DNA of 63,344 nucleotides, filler included, from Octopus bimaculoides (lineage: Eukaryota): the NCBI RefSeq assembly GCF_001194135.2. It is 6 parts of 6 records of this genome, joined end to end, with 100 filler letters (N's around TTAATTAATTAA, not from the genome) between each part and the next. Parts side by side here need not be neighbours in the genome. Positions count along the whole stretch, not along the records: positions 26,094 to 48,106 come from NC_069004.1; positions 48,207 to 51,749 come from NC_068986.1; 4 more parts are not named here. One strand, given 5' to 3'. The position numbers and the translations under genes were made by a program. Under the pieces are notes generated by a model. It made no database searches. It was not told where the DNA came from and worked only from the letters and a program-made list of their open reading frames with translations. Positions 37,868 through 50,780 of this stretch are shown here, one piece after another; positions within the stretch are counted from its first letter, which is position 1, and every line of letters starts with the position of its first letter.

Positions 37868-38437
37868 CTAACTCTAGAAATTTATATATCAATCCCTTGG
37901 CACGACTGTTTGTTTCTGTCTATCCTCATATTATTATAGACCTTGCTTACTCTTCCAGTTTTCTTTTAAACTTTCATCGCTATCTCACAGTAGTAGAAAA
38001 CCGAAGCTCGCAACTAAAGATCTACCCCATTCTCTCTCTCTCTGACGATGGAATGGATGGCTAGTAAAACCCTCTAGAAAGGATCTACCACAATGTCCCT
38101 CTGATGATGGAATGGATCACTAATATGTGGACAGCTTCCGCTCGTTTTCTATCAAATACAACATCTGCTCATCTTTACTTGCAATAGCGGTATGAAACTA
38201 TCTACTCGCCTTCTTTTTTTCTTATGATCTAAACTCTTCTAGCAATTCAACCTTCGTGTATGAGAATAGAATTGTCAAAATCCAACTTGTTACCAGTTGT
38301 TTCCCTGTTTATATACTTATACACATTGCTATAACCAATGGTCTACAGGCAGCTATAGCATCTCTCCTTTTAGCTATAGCTCTCAAGTTATAAGTTTAGG
38401 CAGCAAGTCGACCTAAGCGCTAATTGTATGTACCTAC
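37868..38437. repeat. Unclassified diverged repeat, copy 2
   Basis: Collinear blocks shared with 34950-35830; contains an internal ~60-bp duplication (CTGA(C/T)GATGGAATGGAT twice). Confidence 0.7.
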
Positions 38438-38489
38438 TACATTACATTATCAGACGTGGTATTACCTGAAGTGTATGTATGAATGCATG

Positions 38490-38523
<34 letters not shown>

Positions 38524-39132
38524 TGTATGTATGTATGTATGTATGGGTGTGTGTGTGTGAGTGTATGTGTATGTGTGTGTATCTATATATATCTACGTAT
38601 GTTTGTGTATATGGAATACATGCGAATGGGGAATCATTCGCTTGGGTATGTTTATGTAATTGTCAATTTATAAATATGTAGTATATACAGGTACACACAC
38701 ACTCTCTCTCTCTCTCTCTCACACACAAACCCAAACCCATATCCACCAACCCACCCACACACACACACACACTCACATACACATGCATACATATATATAT
38801 GTGTATATAATATGTATAAAGTATTAATGCTGATATGTGAACGTATAAGCGTTTACATACATACGTATATATATATATATATATATATATATATNNNNNN
38901 NNNNNNNNNNNNNNNNNNNNNNNNNNNNNNNNNNNNNNNNNNNNNNNNNNNNNNNNNNNNNNNNNNNNNNNNNNNNNNNNNNNNNNNNNNNNNNNNNNNN
39001 NNNNNNNNNNNNNNNNNNNNNNNNNNNNNNNNNNNNNNNNNNNNNNNNNNNNNNNNNNNNNNNNNNNNNNNNNNNNNNNNNNNNNNNNNNNNNNNNNNNN
39101 NNNNNNNNNNNNNNNNNNNNNNNNNNNNNNNN

Positions 39133-39163
<31 letters not shown>

Positions 39164-39544
39164 GTATGTATATGCGTGTGTGCATATATATACAATATGC
39201 ATATATACGTAAATTATTTACAAGTTTATATATACAAACCTAAAATATTATGACACATACATTCAGTATTATATAATACATTTATCATTACATACATACA
39301 TTCATACATACACACATACACGCGTACACACATGGTAGTGCGTGTGACTGAGATCAATACACAATATGCAACTAATAACATACCATCACCGTATGTTTAT
39401 AAGAGGCAGAAGAAATAAATATATCTATCGAAATAAATAGTGGTTTGCTAAGTAATATAGTCAAAATTGAAATCTAATTCCCATAATGCATCTGTACATT
39501 TACATTTCAATGACAGGCAATATTTCTTTGTTATATATTCCCAT

Positions 39545-39702
39545 AGGCGCAGACGTGACTGTGTGGTAAGAAGTCTACTGCCCAGCCAGATGGTTCCCGG
39601 TTCAATCATACTGCATTGACCCTGGGCAAGTGCCTTCTACTATAGCCTCGGGCCAACTAAATACTTGTGAGTGGATTTGGAAGTCGGAAACTAAAAGCAG
39701 TC
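39545..39702 (+). mobile_element. SINE family C, 5' half
   Basis: AGGCGCAGACGTGACTGTGTGGTAAG...CTACTATAGCCTCGGGCC...GTGAGTGGATTTGG. Confidence 0.85.
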
Positions 39703-40065
39703 ACTCGTGCTTTCTCTAATTCTTTCCCTCTGCTCTTCACCGTTCTCTATCTGCCCCTCTCTCTTTCTCACTCTTCCCCTTTACTCTCTCGTTGCTCACA
39801 CGTGACCATCAGCAATTTTTCTTTTCGTCTCTTCTCCTGTCATAGCTTGTTCCTCCAGTGTTCACCACTTCACATCATTATGGCTTAGCAACCTTTATTG
39901 TTTGTTTTCACGGTCCTGTTTTTGTTACCAACTTTGACCCTCCACAAATCCCAAATTTTATTTTACTCTGCGGGAGCAACTGTTTTCTCGAAGACACATC
40001 TTGTCGTAATTGCTCAAAATGTGGAGTAGATATACAGCCGGCAACTGATGAAGGGTCGTTCTTTA

Positions 40066-40403
40066 TATTTTGGGAGCTATACTTTTGTGATCCTTTCTAA
40101 CAACATGCGTAAGAGTCTAACAGTCCCTATCTGAAAGTTTTGGTTTTCTTCAGGAATTTTGTTTCGGCGAGAAGATTTTTTCCCTCTTTCTCAAAGGCTG
40201 TCATTACTTTCGAGACAGTACTTCTTGATACACCAAACATTTAGGCTGTTTTCGTTACGCTAGCGCCTGCCATACGAGCACCAAGAATTTAACCTCTTTG
40301 AAAGTCCGATAGATCTGCCATTTTAATTAATTTTAATTACCTTTTTCTGATAATATCTGAAAAGAAACAGCAATTTTGCCAAAATATATTAAACAACACT
40401 AAT
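40066..40403 (-). mobile_element. Second copy (5' part) of the Tc1 family at 18189
   Basis: Reverse complement aligns with ~18290-18625 (MADLSDFQRG..LGARMAGASVTKTA..FGVSRSTVSKVMTAFEKEGK). Confidence 0.9.
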
Positions 40404-40754
40404 NNNNNNNNNNNNNNNNNNNNNNNNNNNNNNNNNNNNNNNNNNNNNNNNNNNNNNNNNNNNNNNNNNNNNNNNNNNNNNNNNNNNNNNNNNNNNNNNN
40501 NNNNNNNNNNNNNNNNNNNNNNNNNNNNNNNNNNNNNNNNNNNNNNNNNNNNNNNNNNNNNNNNNNNNNNNNNNNNNNNNNNNNNNNNNNNNNNNNNNNN
40601 NNNNNNNNNNNNNNNNNNNNNNNNNNNNNNNNNNNNNNNNNNNNNNNNNNNNNNNNACTCCATTTACTAAATTTATATATTTACTCAAGTACCCAAAGTA
40701 ACAAGGAGTCTCTACCTCATAAACAGGAGTTACACCACAGTATGTATGGATGTA

Positions 40755-40799
<45 letters not shown>

Positions 40800-41054
40800 A
40801 GCATATAAATGTGAAACAAGGTGTAAAATATAGTACTCGAATACCAGAGGTAGAGTAATATGTTTGAATAAAAACCAGTATAAATATCACAAAAACTGTT
40901 ACTCAGTTTCACGTTTCCGTTCGACGGACAGTTTTGTCTAGAATTCTAAATATACATACATATATGTATATATGAACAAACACATATATACGTATAAATA
41001 TGTGTGTGTGCATGTCTGTGAATGTGTGTGTGTATGCATAGATATGTTCGCATC

Positions 41055-41262
41055 TGTCTATGTTTGTGCTCGTCACCACAGCCACTGGACAATCGGCTTT
41101 AGTCTGTTTACGTTTCCATAACTTAGCCGTTCAGCAAAAGAGGGCGATATAATAAGTTACAGGCTTAGAAAGAATAAGTACTGGGATTGATCTGTTTGAC
41201 TAAAACTCTTCAAGGCTTTGCTCCAGCATGGCTGCAGTCCAATGACTGAAATACGCAAAAGA
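41055..41262 (+). mobile_element. SINE family C, 3' half
   Basis: AACTTAGCCGTTCAGCAAAAG..GAATAAGTACTGGG..GCTCCAGCATGGCTGCAGTCCAATGACTGAAA. Confidence 0.8.
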
Positions 41263-41289
41263 TGGAAAACGTAGTCAAAACTGTGGTTA

Positions 41290-41525
41290 TGAGGTGAACA
41301 GAAGGAAAGGGTCAGTGACGTCAATGGCTGAAGGACCCTCAGAAAGAGGAAGAGGGAGTGACGACGTGGGCGGAAGTAGGACAAGCGTGGGCCTCTTTCG
41401 ACTCAGGTAGTCGTCATGGACGGACGCATGTGGACAGTGCTTTAGCAGTAAGTTCTAGCGGGAGATCAGACGGGTAGGGCGCGTCTCGGATTTAACTCAA
41501 CCGGACACCCGACACTGAGAGGTGG
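41290..41525. promoter_or_regulatory. GC/CpG-rich patch with CRE, GC-box and ETS motifs (possible LTR or promoter fragment)
   Basis: TGACGTCA at 41316-41323 and GGGCGGAAGT at 41368-41377 within ~240 bp that is GC-rich relative to the AT-rich background. Confidence 0.25.
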
Positions 41526-41959
41526 ATGAACCGTATTTTGTTTCTCACATTACAGTTCCCTCATACTACAAGCTATTTCAGTGCTCGTTGAAATCTATTT
41601 CCCATAATACTTCTGTTTATTGACATTTAAATAATAGGCAATATTTCTTTGTCGTTTGTTCTCATTTATTATTTAGTGAATTGTAAGCATTAAACCGTTG
41701 GATTCCAAAGACAAGAAACAAAACTGAAACTTCTAAGTCTGTAAACAATATGGTTACACTCTTTTGGTTATAAACCATTAATATCGTTCTTTGCTAAATA
41801 TGGGCTATCTGCCCCTCTGATGAGAGCGTAAACAGTTACTATAAATAGGTTATAATCGATTTATTTATTAATATATTTATATATTTTCACTTCATGGATA
41901 TTATATGGCGTATCCACTGTCATTACTTATCACGGTGATGCTAAGTTTGTATTATTATC

Positions 41960-41998
<39 letters not shown>

Positions 41999-42051
41999 NN
42001 NNNNNNNNTATTATTATTATTATTATTATTGTTGTTGTTGTTGTTGTTGTT

Positions 42052-43866
42052 ATTTTATATCTGAATTTTGCTTTGCATTCATACAAGTTGGCTCCAAGTC
42101 TCACCCAGAGACCTCAAGAGACAACAGGTTAGAAGTTCATGTTGTTGGTGTTATGCCTAGGGTGCCATATATTTGGTTCTGTACATAGTGTTGTGCTAGA
42201 GAAAGTTTAAGAAACCATAAGAAAATTGTGTTTGTTTTAAAATTTGAGATTACATGGTATTTTATGCAGTTCCCATGAGTACTATCGTTTGAATTTCTGC
42301 CATTTTGGGGTTTCCTGGTCTCTGAGCTTGGTGGCAGCCAGCCCATTTTGCTATCATTCCTAGGGCACCTATGACAACAGGTATAGTTTTAGTCTTCAGG
42401 TTCTACATTTTGCTAATTTCTATTTCAAGATCTTTATACTTGCTCAGTTTTTGGTAGGTCTTAACAGATACCTTTATATCGATTGGTACAGTCATATCAA
42501 TGAAGAGGCATGATTTTTGTCTGAAGTCCTTCAATATAATGTCTGGCCTATTTGCATCTATCTTTCTGTCATTTTGAATGGTTAAGTTCTAGAGGAGTGA
42601 GATGTGATCATTTTCAAGCACTGAGCGTGGTTTGTGTTCCCACCAGTTTTTATCATGGGACAAATTCAGGTTTTTGCAAATTACCCAGTGAATATATTGT
42701 GCAGCTCTATCATGCCAGTTGAGATACTCTGTAGGCACGAGATAACTGCACATGGAGACATGATCAATGGTCTCATTTTGTTGTTGATATGCATGGCATA
42801 TTGGGGAGCTGCCGTTCTTTAATATGTTGGCCTGGTAGTTCCTTGTAGGTAGGCATTGATCTTGGGCTGCTATGATAATCCCTTCTGTTTCTGATTTTAA
42901 GCCAGAAGCTGTAAGCCATTGATGGATAAGGGGTTTGTCAACCTCGGCATTCGCTCTGTTTGGGTATTTACCATTGAGAAGTTTTTCTTGCCATTTATCA
43001 GTCAGAATATCTAAGGCAGCAGTTTTAGTACGAGTTTTCATGCGTTTAGCCTTTTCTGCGCTTGTTTCTAGTACGTCTAAGTCTGGAATTTGTTGTATTC
43101 GGAATTCACTTAGATATTCCTTTGTCTGTTCTGTTACTGAGCATGATGCTTTCTTGTTTTCATGTTTTGAGACAAATTTTAACATCCAGTCCTCAGAATT
43201 TTTCAGGTAGGTGCCCAGGCCAATTGTGGCAATCTTCATTGTTAATGCCAGTTGTAAAAGTTCACGGCCTCCCTCTTTCCTTGGCAGATAATGTCGTTCT
43301 ATATCTGCCTTAGGGTGGTGCATTCCATGCATTGTCAACAGTTTTCGTATTTTTCTGTTAAGATTACATATTTCAGTAATTGACCAGTTAATGATATTGA
43401 AACTGTAAGTCACAATTGGTATGGCTAAAGCATTGATTGCTTCAATCTTGTTTCTTTCATTCAACTCTGTCTTCAGTATTACTCTCACCCTGCGATAACA
43501 TTCTCTTCTGATCCTTTCCCTCATCACTGGATGTTTGATTCTGTCCCCTTCAATTACCCCTAGTTATTCGTAGCTCTCCCCTGGTTCTAACTCTTTTATG
43601 ACATTCTGCTGGTCAAGGTTAACGTTAGATGTTTCTGTCATTTTTCCTTTGATAAAGGTAGCTTTTGCACATTTATCGAGGCCAAGTTGCATCCTGATGT
43701 CATCACTGAATTGTTTAACAATCGCCAGTAGGCCCTTGAGTTATTGGTCATTTTTTGCAGATAGCTTTAAATCATCCATGTAAATGAGATGATTTATATC
43801 ATTATCAAACATTTTATAACCGTACTGTGCATCATTCAGCAATTTTGAGAGATGTATTAAGGCTAG
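42052..43866 (-). mobile_element. R4/Dong-clade RLE LINE, 3' 1.8 kb, 5'-truncated
   Basis: HLIYMDDLKL RT motif; 312-aa ORF 42589-43527 (thumb, KSETEGIIIAAQDQ, decayed CCHC, HDRAAQYIHW); then ANRPDII...FIDMTVP RLE motif, 3' UTR and (AAC)n(AAT)n tail. Confidence 0.9.
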
Positions 43867-43977
43867 ACACACACATACATGTACACACACACATTCACAC
43901 ATAAACACACACATGCAACCACGTACATACACGCACACACATATACATACATCTATAAGTACGTGTATATTCTCTTC

Positions 43978-44167
<190 letters not shown>

Positions 44168-44944
44168 NNNNNNNNNNNNNNNNNNNNNNNNNNNNNNNNN
44201 NNNNNNNNNNNNNNNNNNNNNNNNNNNNNNNNNNNNNNNNNNNNNNNNNNNNNNNNNNNNNNNNNNNNNNNNNNNNNNNNNNNNNNNNNNNNNNNNNNNN
44301 NNNNNNNNNNNNNNNNNNNNNNNNNNNNNNNNNNNNNNNNNNNNNNNNNNNNNNNNNNNNNNNNNNNNNNNNNNNNNNNNNNNNNNNNNNNNNNNNNNNN
44401 NNNNNNNNNNNNNNNNNNNNNNNNNNNNNNNNNNNNNNNNNNNNNNNNNNNNNNNNNNNNNNNNNNNNNNNATTTCGATCAAGATGTTAAGATGAAATAA
44501 AAAGTATTATACTGTATAACAAACGTTTTTTTTTTTTTGTCCTTGTTCAGTAAGTTATATTTCCAATTTTGTGAGCTGGATATCAATGCATTGAAACTGA
44601 CCTATTTTGCATTACATTTCAGACAGATTCAGCATTGAGTTGCTGAAGCAGAAATATCATTATAGCAAATATTCTGCTCAATACAATAGATTTGCTTGTC
44701 AGATGCTGGACCTTAAATACCTCAGTATGTCCCCTAGTGACTGATAATATGTGCATCTTTAATCATGAGCAGGAGCAGTCGGAGAGCATCATATCCATGT
44801 GTTGAGAGGGATTTAGGGGTTTGAATAAATGTAACAAAAGCAAAGGTTGAAGGATATATTAACCATTTTTATACTTTCTAAGGGTAAGGAAATAGGGTAT
44901 ACCTGTTGCTACTCAAGGACAAGAATCGTATCACTCAATGTTAT

Positions 44945-45200
44945 TGGCGCTATAGTTAAGAAAGCTAACTTGGCAGTCACGTGGTTCCGGGTTTAGTCCA
45001 ACTACACAGCATATTAAACACGTGGCTTTTATTATAGCCTCGGGCCTAACAAAGCCTTATGAGTGGATTTGATAGATGGAAGCTATGTGGAAGCCCAACC
45101 TAAGCACAGACTCAAACATACACATATCTACGTCTTTGTGTTTGGGCCTCCACACCACTTGACAATCGGTGTCTCAGTAACCTAGCGGTTCAGCAACAGC
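44945..45200 (+). mobile_element. SINE family C, degenerate
   Basis: GTGGTTCCGGGTTTAGTCC, ATAGCCTCGGGCC, GAGTGGATTTG and AACCTAGCGGTTCAGCAA. Confidence 0.75.
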
Positions 45201-45597
45201 CGTCGATATACTTTGTTAGAAATCAGAGCTTTACATTCAGAAAGACATCAAATAATTAAAAATAGAAGAGAGTATACACGTACTTATAGATATATGTATG
45301 TGTGTGTGTGTGCGTATGCGTGCATGCGTGTGTGTGTGTATGTGTGTGTGTATGTGTGTGTGTGTGCATGTATGTGTGTGTTTGTGTATGTATGAAGTAG
45401 ATATGTAAATGTTTACCGTTTCCATGTTTCAGGAGTCAGCTCGTGAAAACAGCAATAAAATTCATTTCGTACGTTTACTGCAACAACGCCCTCTCGGTGA
45501 GTTGTGAGCCGTCGACTACATTCAATACTCGTTAGTGAAAATATGAAGTACAGCATCCAACGGGCCAACCTGTATATGCAGCTACCTGAACATGTAT

Positions 45598-46088
45598 TCT
45601 TTTATTCTTTTACATGTTTCAGTCATTTGACTGCGGCCATGCTGGAGCACTGCCTTAAATGGTTTTAGCCGACGAAGTTGACTTCAGGATTTATTGTTTG
45701 TAAGCCTAGTTCTTATTCTATATGTCTCTTTTAGGGAACCGTTAAGGGAACATAAAAAACAAACCAACATCGGTTTTCAAGCGATCGTGGTGGGAACAAA
45801 CACAGACACGCATATATATATATATATATATACATGGCGGGTTTCTTACNNNNNNNNNNGCTGGAGCACTGCCTTAAATGGTTTTAGCCGACGAAGTTGA
45901 CTTCAGGATTTATTGTTTGTAAGCCTAGTTCTTATTCTATATGTCTCTTTTAGGGAACCGTTAAGGGAACATAAAAAACAAACCAACATCGGTTTTCAAG
46001 CGATCGTGGTGGGAACAAACACAGACACGCATATATATATATATATATATACATGGCGGGTTTCTTACCACACAGCCACAACAGCGCC
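45598..46088 (-). mobile_element. SINE family C with internal deletion, duplicated across a 10-N gap
   Basis: ~45642-45849 is identical to ~45860-46068; the head (ACCACACAGCCAC..GCGCCT) is joined directly to GGCGGGTTTCTT. Confidence 0.85.
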
Positions 46089-46129
46089 TATGAATATACA
46101 ACGCACAGAAATGCTCTAAGACTGATACA

Positions 46130-46735
46130 CGCCATCCATCCACCCATCCACCCATCCACCCATCCATTCATCCATCCATCCATCCATCCATCCAATTATT
46201 CCTGAGAAGACGTTGGGTTAGAGGCCTCCATAGGATCCTCTCAGAAACAGCTGTCATTAGTCTTAGCCGTTGGATTCACAAGTGCGACCACCTGAGACTA
46301 CGGTTATTATCCAACCATCTAGTTGTTGTCTCCCGTCGGTTGACTGGGCTTCAGTAAGCCAATTCCTTCCTGCGATTCTCTCCAGCGACATTCTAACCAC
46401 ATGTCTGTGGAACTAGAGTACCAGAGCTGTGACCACTCTCAACGAGGAGATGTAGCGGCTCGGTCCAGAGAGACTCCCGGATCTCCAAACTACGCACCCT
46501 GTCGAGTAACGTGACTCCTGAGATCTTCTGTAGGATCCCCTTTATCGGCCGTTTGTATTTGCAATCGTACTCTTTTGGTTAATATCAGAACATTCATGAC
46601 CATAGGTGAGAATAGGTAAAGAAACCTAATTGAAAATAACTAGTCTAACTTTCCTTCTTGCCAGTCTCCCCCTTTCAAAGGTATCTTACTTCCAATCTGT
46701 CGTAAATAAAGACCCAAAATACACCTACTTTTGAA
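46130..46735 (-). mobile_element. RTE-clade (Expander/Rex3-like) LINE 3' end with (GGAT)n tail
   Basis: Minus strand GILQKISGVTLLDRVRSLEIRESLWTEPL...TRWLDN.RSL.WSHL; followed by (GGAT/GGGT)n. Confidence 0.8.
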
Positions 46736-47690
46736 TAAAACGAAACTCACTCACACTCTCTCCCCCACTCTCTCCCCCACTCTCTCNNNNNNNNNNNNNN
46801 NNNNNNNNNNNNNNNNNNNNNNNNNNNNNNNNNNNNNNNNNNNNNNNNNNNNNNNNNNNNNNNNNNNNNNNNNNNNNNNNNNNNNNNNNNNNNNNNNNNN
46901 NNNNNNNNNNNNNNNNNNNNNNNNNNNNNNNNNNNNNNNNNNNNNNNNNNNNNNNNNNNNNNNNNNNNNNNNNNNNNNNNNNNNNNNNNNNNNNNNNNNN
47001 NNNNNNNNNNNNNNNNNNNNNNNNNNNNNNNNNNNNNNNNNNNNNNNNNNNNNNNNNNNNNNNNNNNNNNNNNNNNNNNNNNNNNNNNNNNNNNNNNNNN
47101 NNNNNNNNNNNNNNNNNNNNNNNNNNNNNNNNNNNNNNNNNNNNNNNNNNNNNNNNNNNNNNNNNNNNNNNNNNNNNNNNNNNNNNNNNNNNNNNNNNNN
47201 NNNNNNNNNNNNNNNNNNNNNNNNNNNNNNNNNNNNNNNNNNNNNNNNNNNNNNNNNNNNNNNNNNNNNNNNNNNNNNNNNNNNNNNNNNNNNNNNNNNN
47301 NNNNNNNNNNNNNNNNNNNNNNNNNNNNNNNNNNNNNNNNNNNNNNNNNNNNNNNNNNNNNNNNNNNNNNNNNNNNNNNNNNNNNNNNNNNNNNNNNNNN
47401 NNNNNNNNNNNNNNNNNNNNNNNNNNNNNNNNNNNNNNNNNNNNNNNNNNNNNNNNNNNNNNNNNNNNNNNNNNNNNNNNNNNNNNNNNNNNNNNNNNNN
47501 NNNNNNNNNNNNNNNNNNNNNNNNNNNNNNNNNNNNNNNNNNNNNNNNNNNNNNNNNNNNNNNNNNNNNNNNNNNNNNNNNNNNNNNNNNNNNNNNNNNN
47601 NNNNNNNNNNNNNNNNNNNNNNNNNNNNNNNNNNNNNNNNNNNNNNNNNNNNNNNNNNNNNNNNNNNNNNNNNNNNNNNNNNNNNNNNNN

Positions 47691-47900
47691 AGGCGGCTGA
47701 GGACGAATGTCCTCCAGAGTATCATCATGGTTTCCTTATCTCTGGTTCTGAATGTTCTCAGGATCCATCCAGCCAATCGTCTGCACTTTGTTGCCATTCT
47801 GGTAATGTGCACTTGGAAAGAGGTATCATCACTCATGTCGATACCCAGGTCTTTCACTGATTTAGGCTCTGAGATTGAAAGGGATATTGTAATCTAAAAA
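47691..47900 (-). pseudogene. CR1-clade LINE RT C-terminal fragment
   Basis: KDLGIDMSDDTSFQVHITRMATKCRRLAGWILRTFRTRDKETMMILWRTFVLSR. Confidence 0.85.
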
Positions 47901-48048
47901 CCTTATTAACCTTTCTCATAGCAATTCTTCCCCTTTGGACAAATAAACGAATGAAAGCCAATCAGCAGAATGAAGAACTACATGGAGCAGAAAGGTTATA
48001 TTAAATCGGAACATATATGTATATACATATACATACACGTACACACAC

Positions 48049-48106
<58 letters not shown>

Positions 48107-48340
48107 NNNNNNNNNNNNNNNNNNNNNNNNNNNNNNNNNNNNNNNNNNNNTTAATTAATTAANNNNNNNNNNNNNNNNNNNNNNNNNNNNNNNNNNNNNN
48201 NNNNNNAAGAAAAAGAAGAAGAAGAAGAAGAAGAAGAAGAAGAAGAAGAAGAAGAAGAAGAAGAACAACAACAACAACAACAACAACAACAACGACAACG
48301 ACAACAACAACAATAATAATAATAATAATAATAATAATAA

Positions 48341-48668
48341 AGAAAAGACATCACAACCTAGGGAGAGCAATCTACTGGGAGCTATGTAGAAAACTAGGAG
48401 TTGAACATACTGATAAATGGTATGACCGTGACCCTAGTAAAGTACTAGAAAGTAAGAAATATAAGATGTTGTGGGACTTTAACATTCAGATTGATAGAGT
48501 AATAGAAGCTAGAAAACCTGATTAAGTAGGAGTAGATAACGAGAATAGAAAGTACCAGATAGGTGACTTTACAACCCCAAACGATGAAAAAATCAGTATC
48601 AAAAGTATAAAAACAATAATAAAATACCAACACCTACCTATTGAATTACAGAGACTATGGAAAGTCTA
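48341..48668 (+). pseudogene. R4/Dong-clade RLE domain fragment
   Basis: RHHNLGRAIYWELCRKLG...KWYD..P.KVLES.KYKMLWDFNIQIDRVIEARKPD...KYQHLPIELQRLWKV; starts directly after (AAT)n. Confidence 0.85.
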
Positions 48669-48669
48669 T

Positions 48670-50780
48670 AGATCCAATGAGACTGGATGAAATTGAAGGG
48701 CAGAAACGGGAGGCAATATGAATACAAGAGCTACGATGTGTTCTTAAGAAGTTGTACAAATGGAAAACCCCAGTAATGGACTGAATTCCTAACTTCTGGC
48801 TAAATTGTCTAGCAGAATTACACCAAAATTTCACAGCATCTCTGAGTGAACCCAGAGCAAATACCTGCCTAACTGACCGAAGAAACAACATACCTTCTAC
48901 CAAAGATTTAAGATACAAAACATCCAAAACCACCGACCAGTAACATGTCTCAACACCACCTGCAAGATCCTCACACCAATATTAACTGACAGAATATAAA
49001 ATCAAAGATTTATAAATCTCCTTGCAGCCAAGGAACAACTGAAACAATGAACACAACTGAAAGCCCAACGGAGATCTATCCTTCCACAAGCTCAAAAAGG
49101 CAGTAAAAGGAATTATTATAGGTACAAAGATCAATTACCCATAAGTAAAATGATTGTAGAGAAATACCAGGGCAAAAACAAGAACCTGAGTATGGTATGG
49201 ATAGACTACAGGAAAGCATTTTGATGGTGTCCCACATAATTGGTTACTCAAGGTATTCGTGATATATAAGATCCCTCGTGTCCTCTCCAAATTCATATAA
49301 GGTAGCATGGCCAAGTGGAACACACGTCTCCTTCTAAACCATAGTAATGGGTTGAGCCAAACTAACAACATGAATATCAAACAAGGTAAATGTCAAGGTG
49401 ACTCCCTCTCTCCATTACTCTTTCACATAGCACTGATTCTACTCTCAAACGAACTAAATGACACCAGGTTTGGGTTCAAAATGTATAATATAGTAAATCA
49501 TATTTTATATGAACGATCTGAAGCTGTTTGCTAGAAATGACGAAGAGCTAGTAGGGATGCTAACAACAGTTAACGAATTCAGTAATGACATCGGGATGGA
49601 CTTTGGCTTTGATAAGTGTGCTAAAGCAACTTTTGTAAGAGGCAAGCTCAGGCAAACAACTTCCATTAAATTAAATACCGACTCTACCATCAAGGAGCTT
49701 GACCCACAAGAAATGTATAAATACTTAAGGATAAACGAAGGAGATGGTATACAACATGCTACTACGAAGTAAAAGATAAGAAAGATGTATTACAGGAGAG
49801 TAAGACCCACGCTAAAAGCAAAACTCAACTCGAAAAATCGCATCGAAGCTATTAACACCCTGGCACTTCCAGTAGTCCAATATAGTTTTAACATCATTAA
49901 CTGGAATCTTACTGAGCTCCAACTCCTGGACAGGAAGACAAGAAAACTACTAACATTTAAGGACATGTACCTACCTAGAAGTGACGGGGGAAGGGGAATA
50001 ATGCAGTAGAACTGTGCTATAAGATTTCCGCAATAACAATGAAAAGGTACTTTATCTAGTACGGAGGACTACGTGCTGCAGCTTGTGTGCAAACACGAAA
50101 GTAACAAAAATCACATTCTATCGTCAAGGAAGCCTGCAAATTCGTAAAGGAACTTGGAATTAACCCTGAAATAATTGAAGGACCTGAAACCACTGCCACA
50201 AAGTAAGCAAAACGGATCAAACAGACTGCAAAAAAGAAAAGGGGCAGAAACAAATTGAGGAACGGTGGGGCCAGAAGCCTCTGCATAGAAGGTATATACT
50301 TCAAGCCGAAATGCTGATGAAGACCAAGGAAGAACCCATCAGTGGCTGAGATGTTCAGGGCTGAAAGTAGAGATTGAAGGTGTCATATTAGCGGCACAAG
50401 ATCAAAGCTTGCTCACAAAAAACTACCAGGATAACGTTCTTCACAACCTTCTTCTGACCTTAAATACAGATTCTGCAACATTTTACATAACAGCAGACCA
50501 TCTTGTCTCGGGATGTCCTATTCTGACACCAAACGAATACAAAAATCGCCACGATAGGGTTGGACAGTATTTATATTGAAAAATAGGCAAACACTACAAA
50601 ATCAGTACTGCCGCTTACTGGTATGAACATCACCCCGAGCAAGTCGTTGAAGTTAAAAACATCACTATCCTCAGGGATTTTCTAGTCAGCACTGACAGAT
50701 CGATCCAGGTTATTCGACTAGACATAGTTATTAAAGACAGAGAAGCTAACACTTGCAGACTAATAGATGTATCTGAAATA
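48670..50780 (+). mobile_element. R4/Dong-clade LINE, RT to RLE, truncated at both ends
   Basis: RPVTCLNT, WIDYRKAFDGVPH, GKCQGDSLSPLLF, (Y)MNDLKLF, DKCAK, YLPRSDGGRG, AAQDQSL, HDRVGQYLY and RLDIVIKD motifs in order, with many stops and frameshifts. Confidence 0.9.

Noticed and set aside
38042-38120. CTGA(T/C)GATGGAAT motifs (also at 35175)
   Set aside because: No complementary stem II or downstream GAAA...UH.
40040-40066. CTGATGAAGGGTCGTTCTTT possible hammerhead 5' half
   Set aside because: Cut off by the Tc1 fragment; no 3' half to evaluate.
41815-41845. CTGATGAGAGCGTAAACAGTTA hammerhead-like start
   Set aside because: Stem II and GAAA incomplete; stem I does not pair.
45642-46068. Exact ~208-bp tandem duplication
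   Set aside because: Identical copies separated by 10 N: an unmerged contig overlap, not biology.
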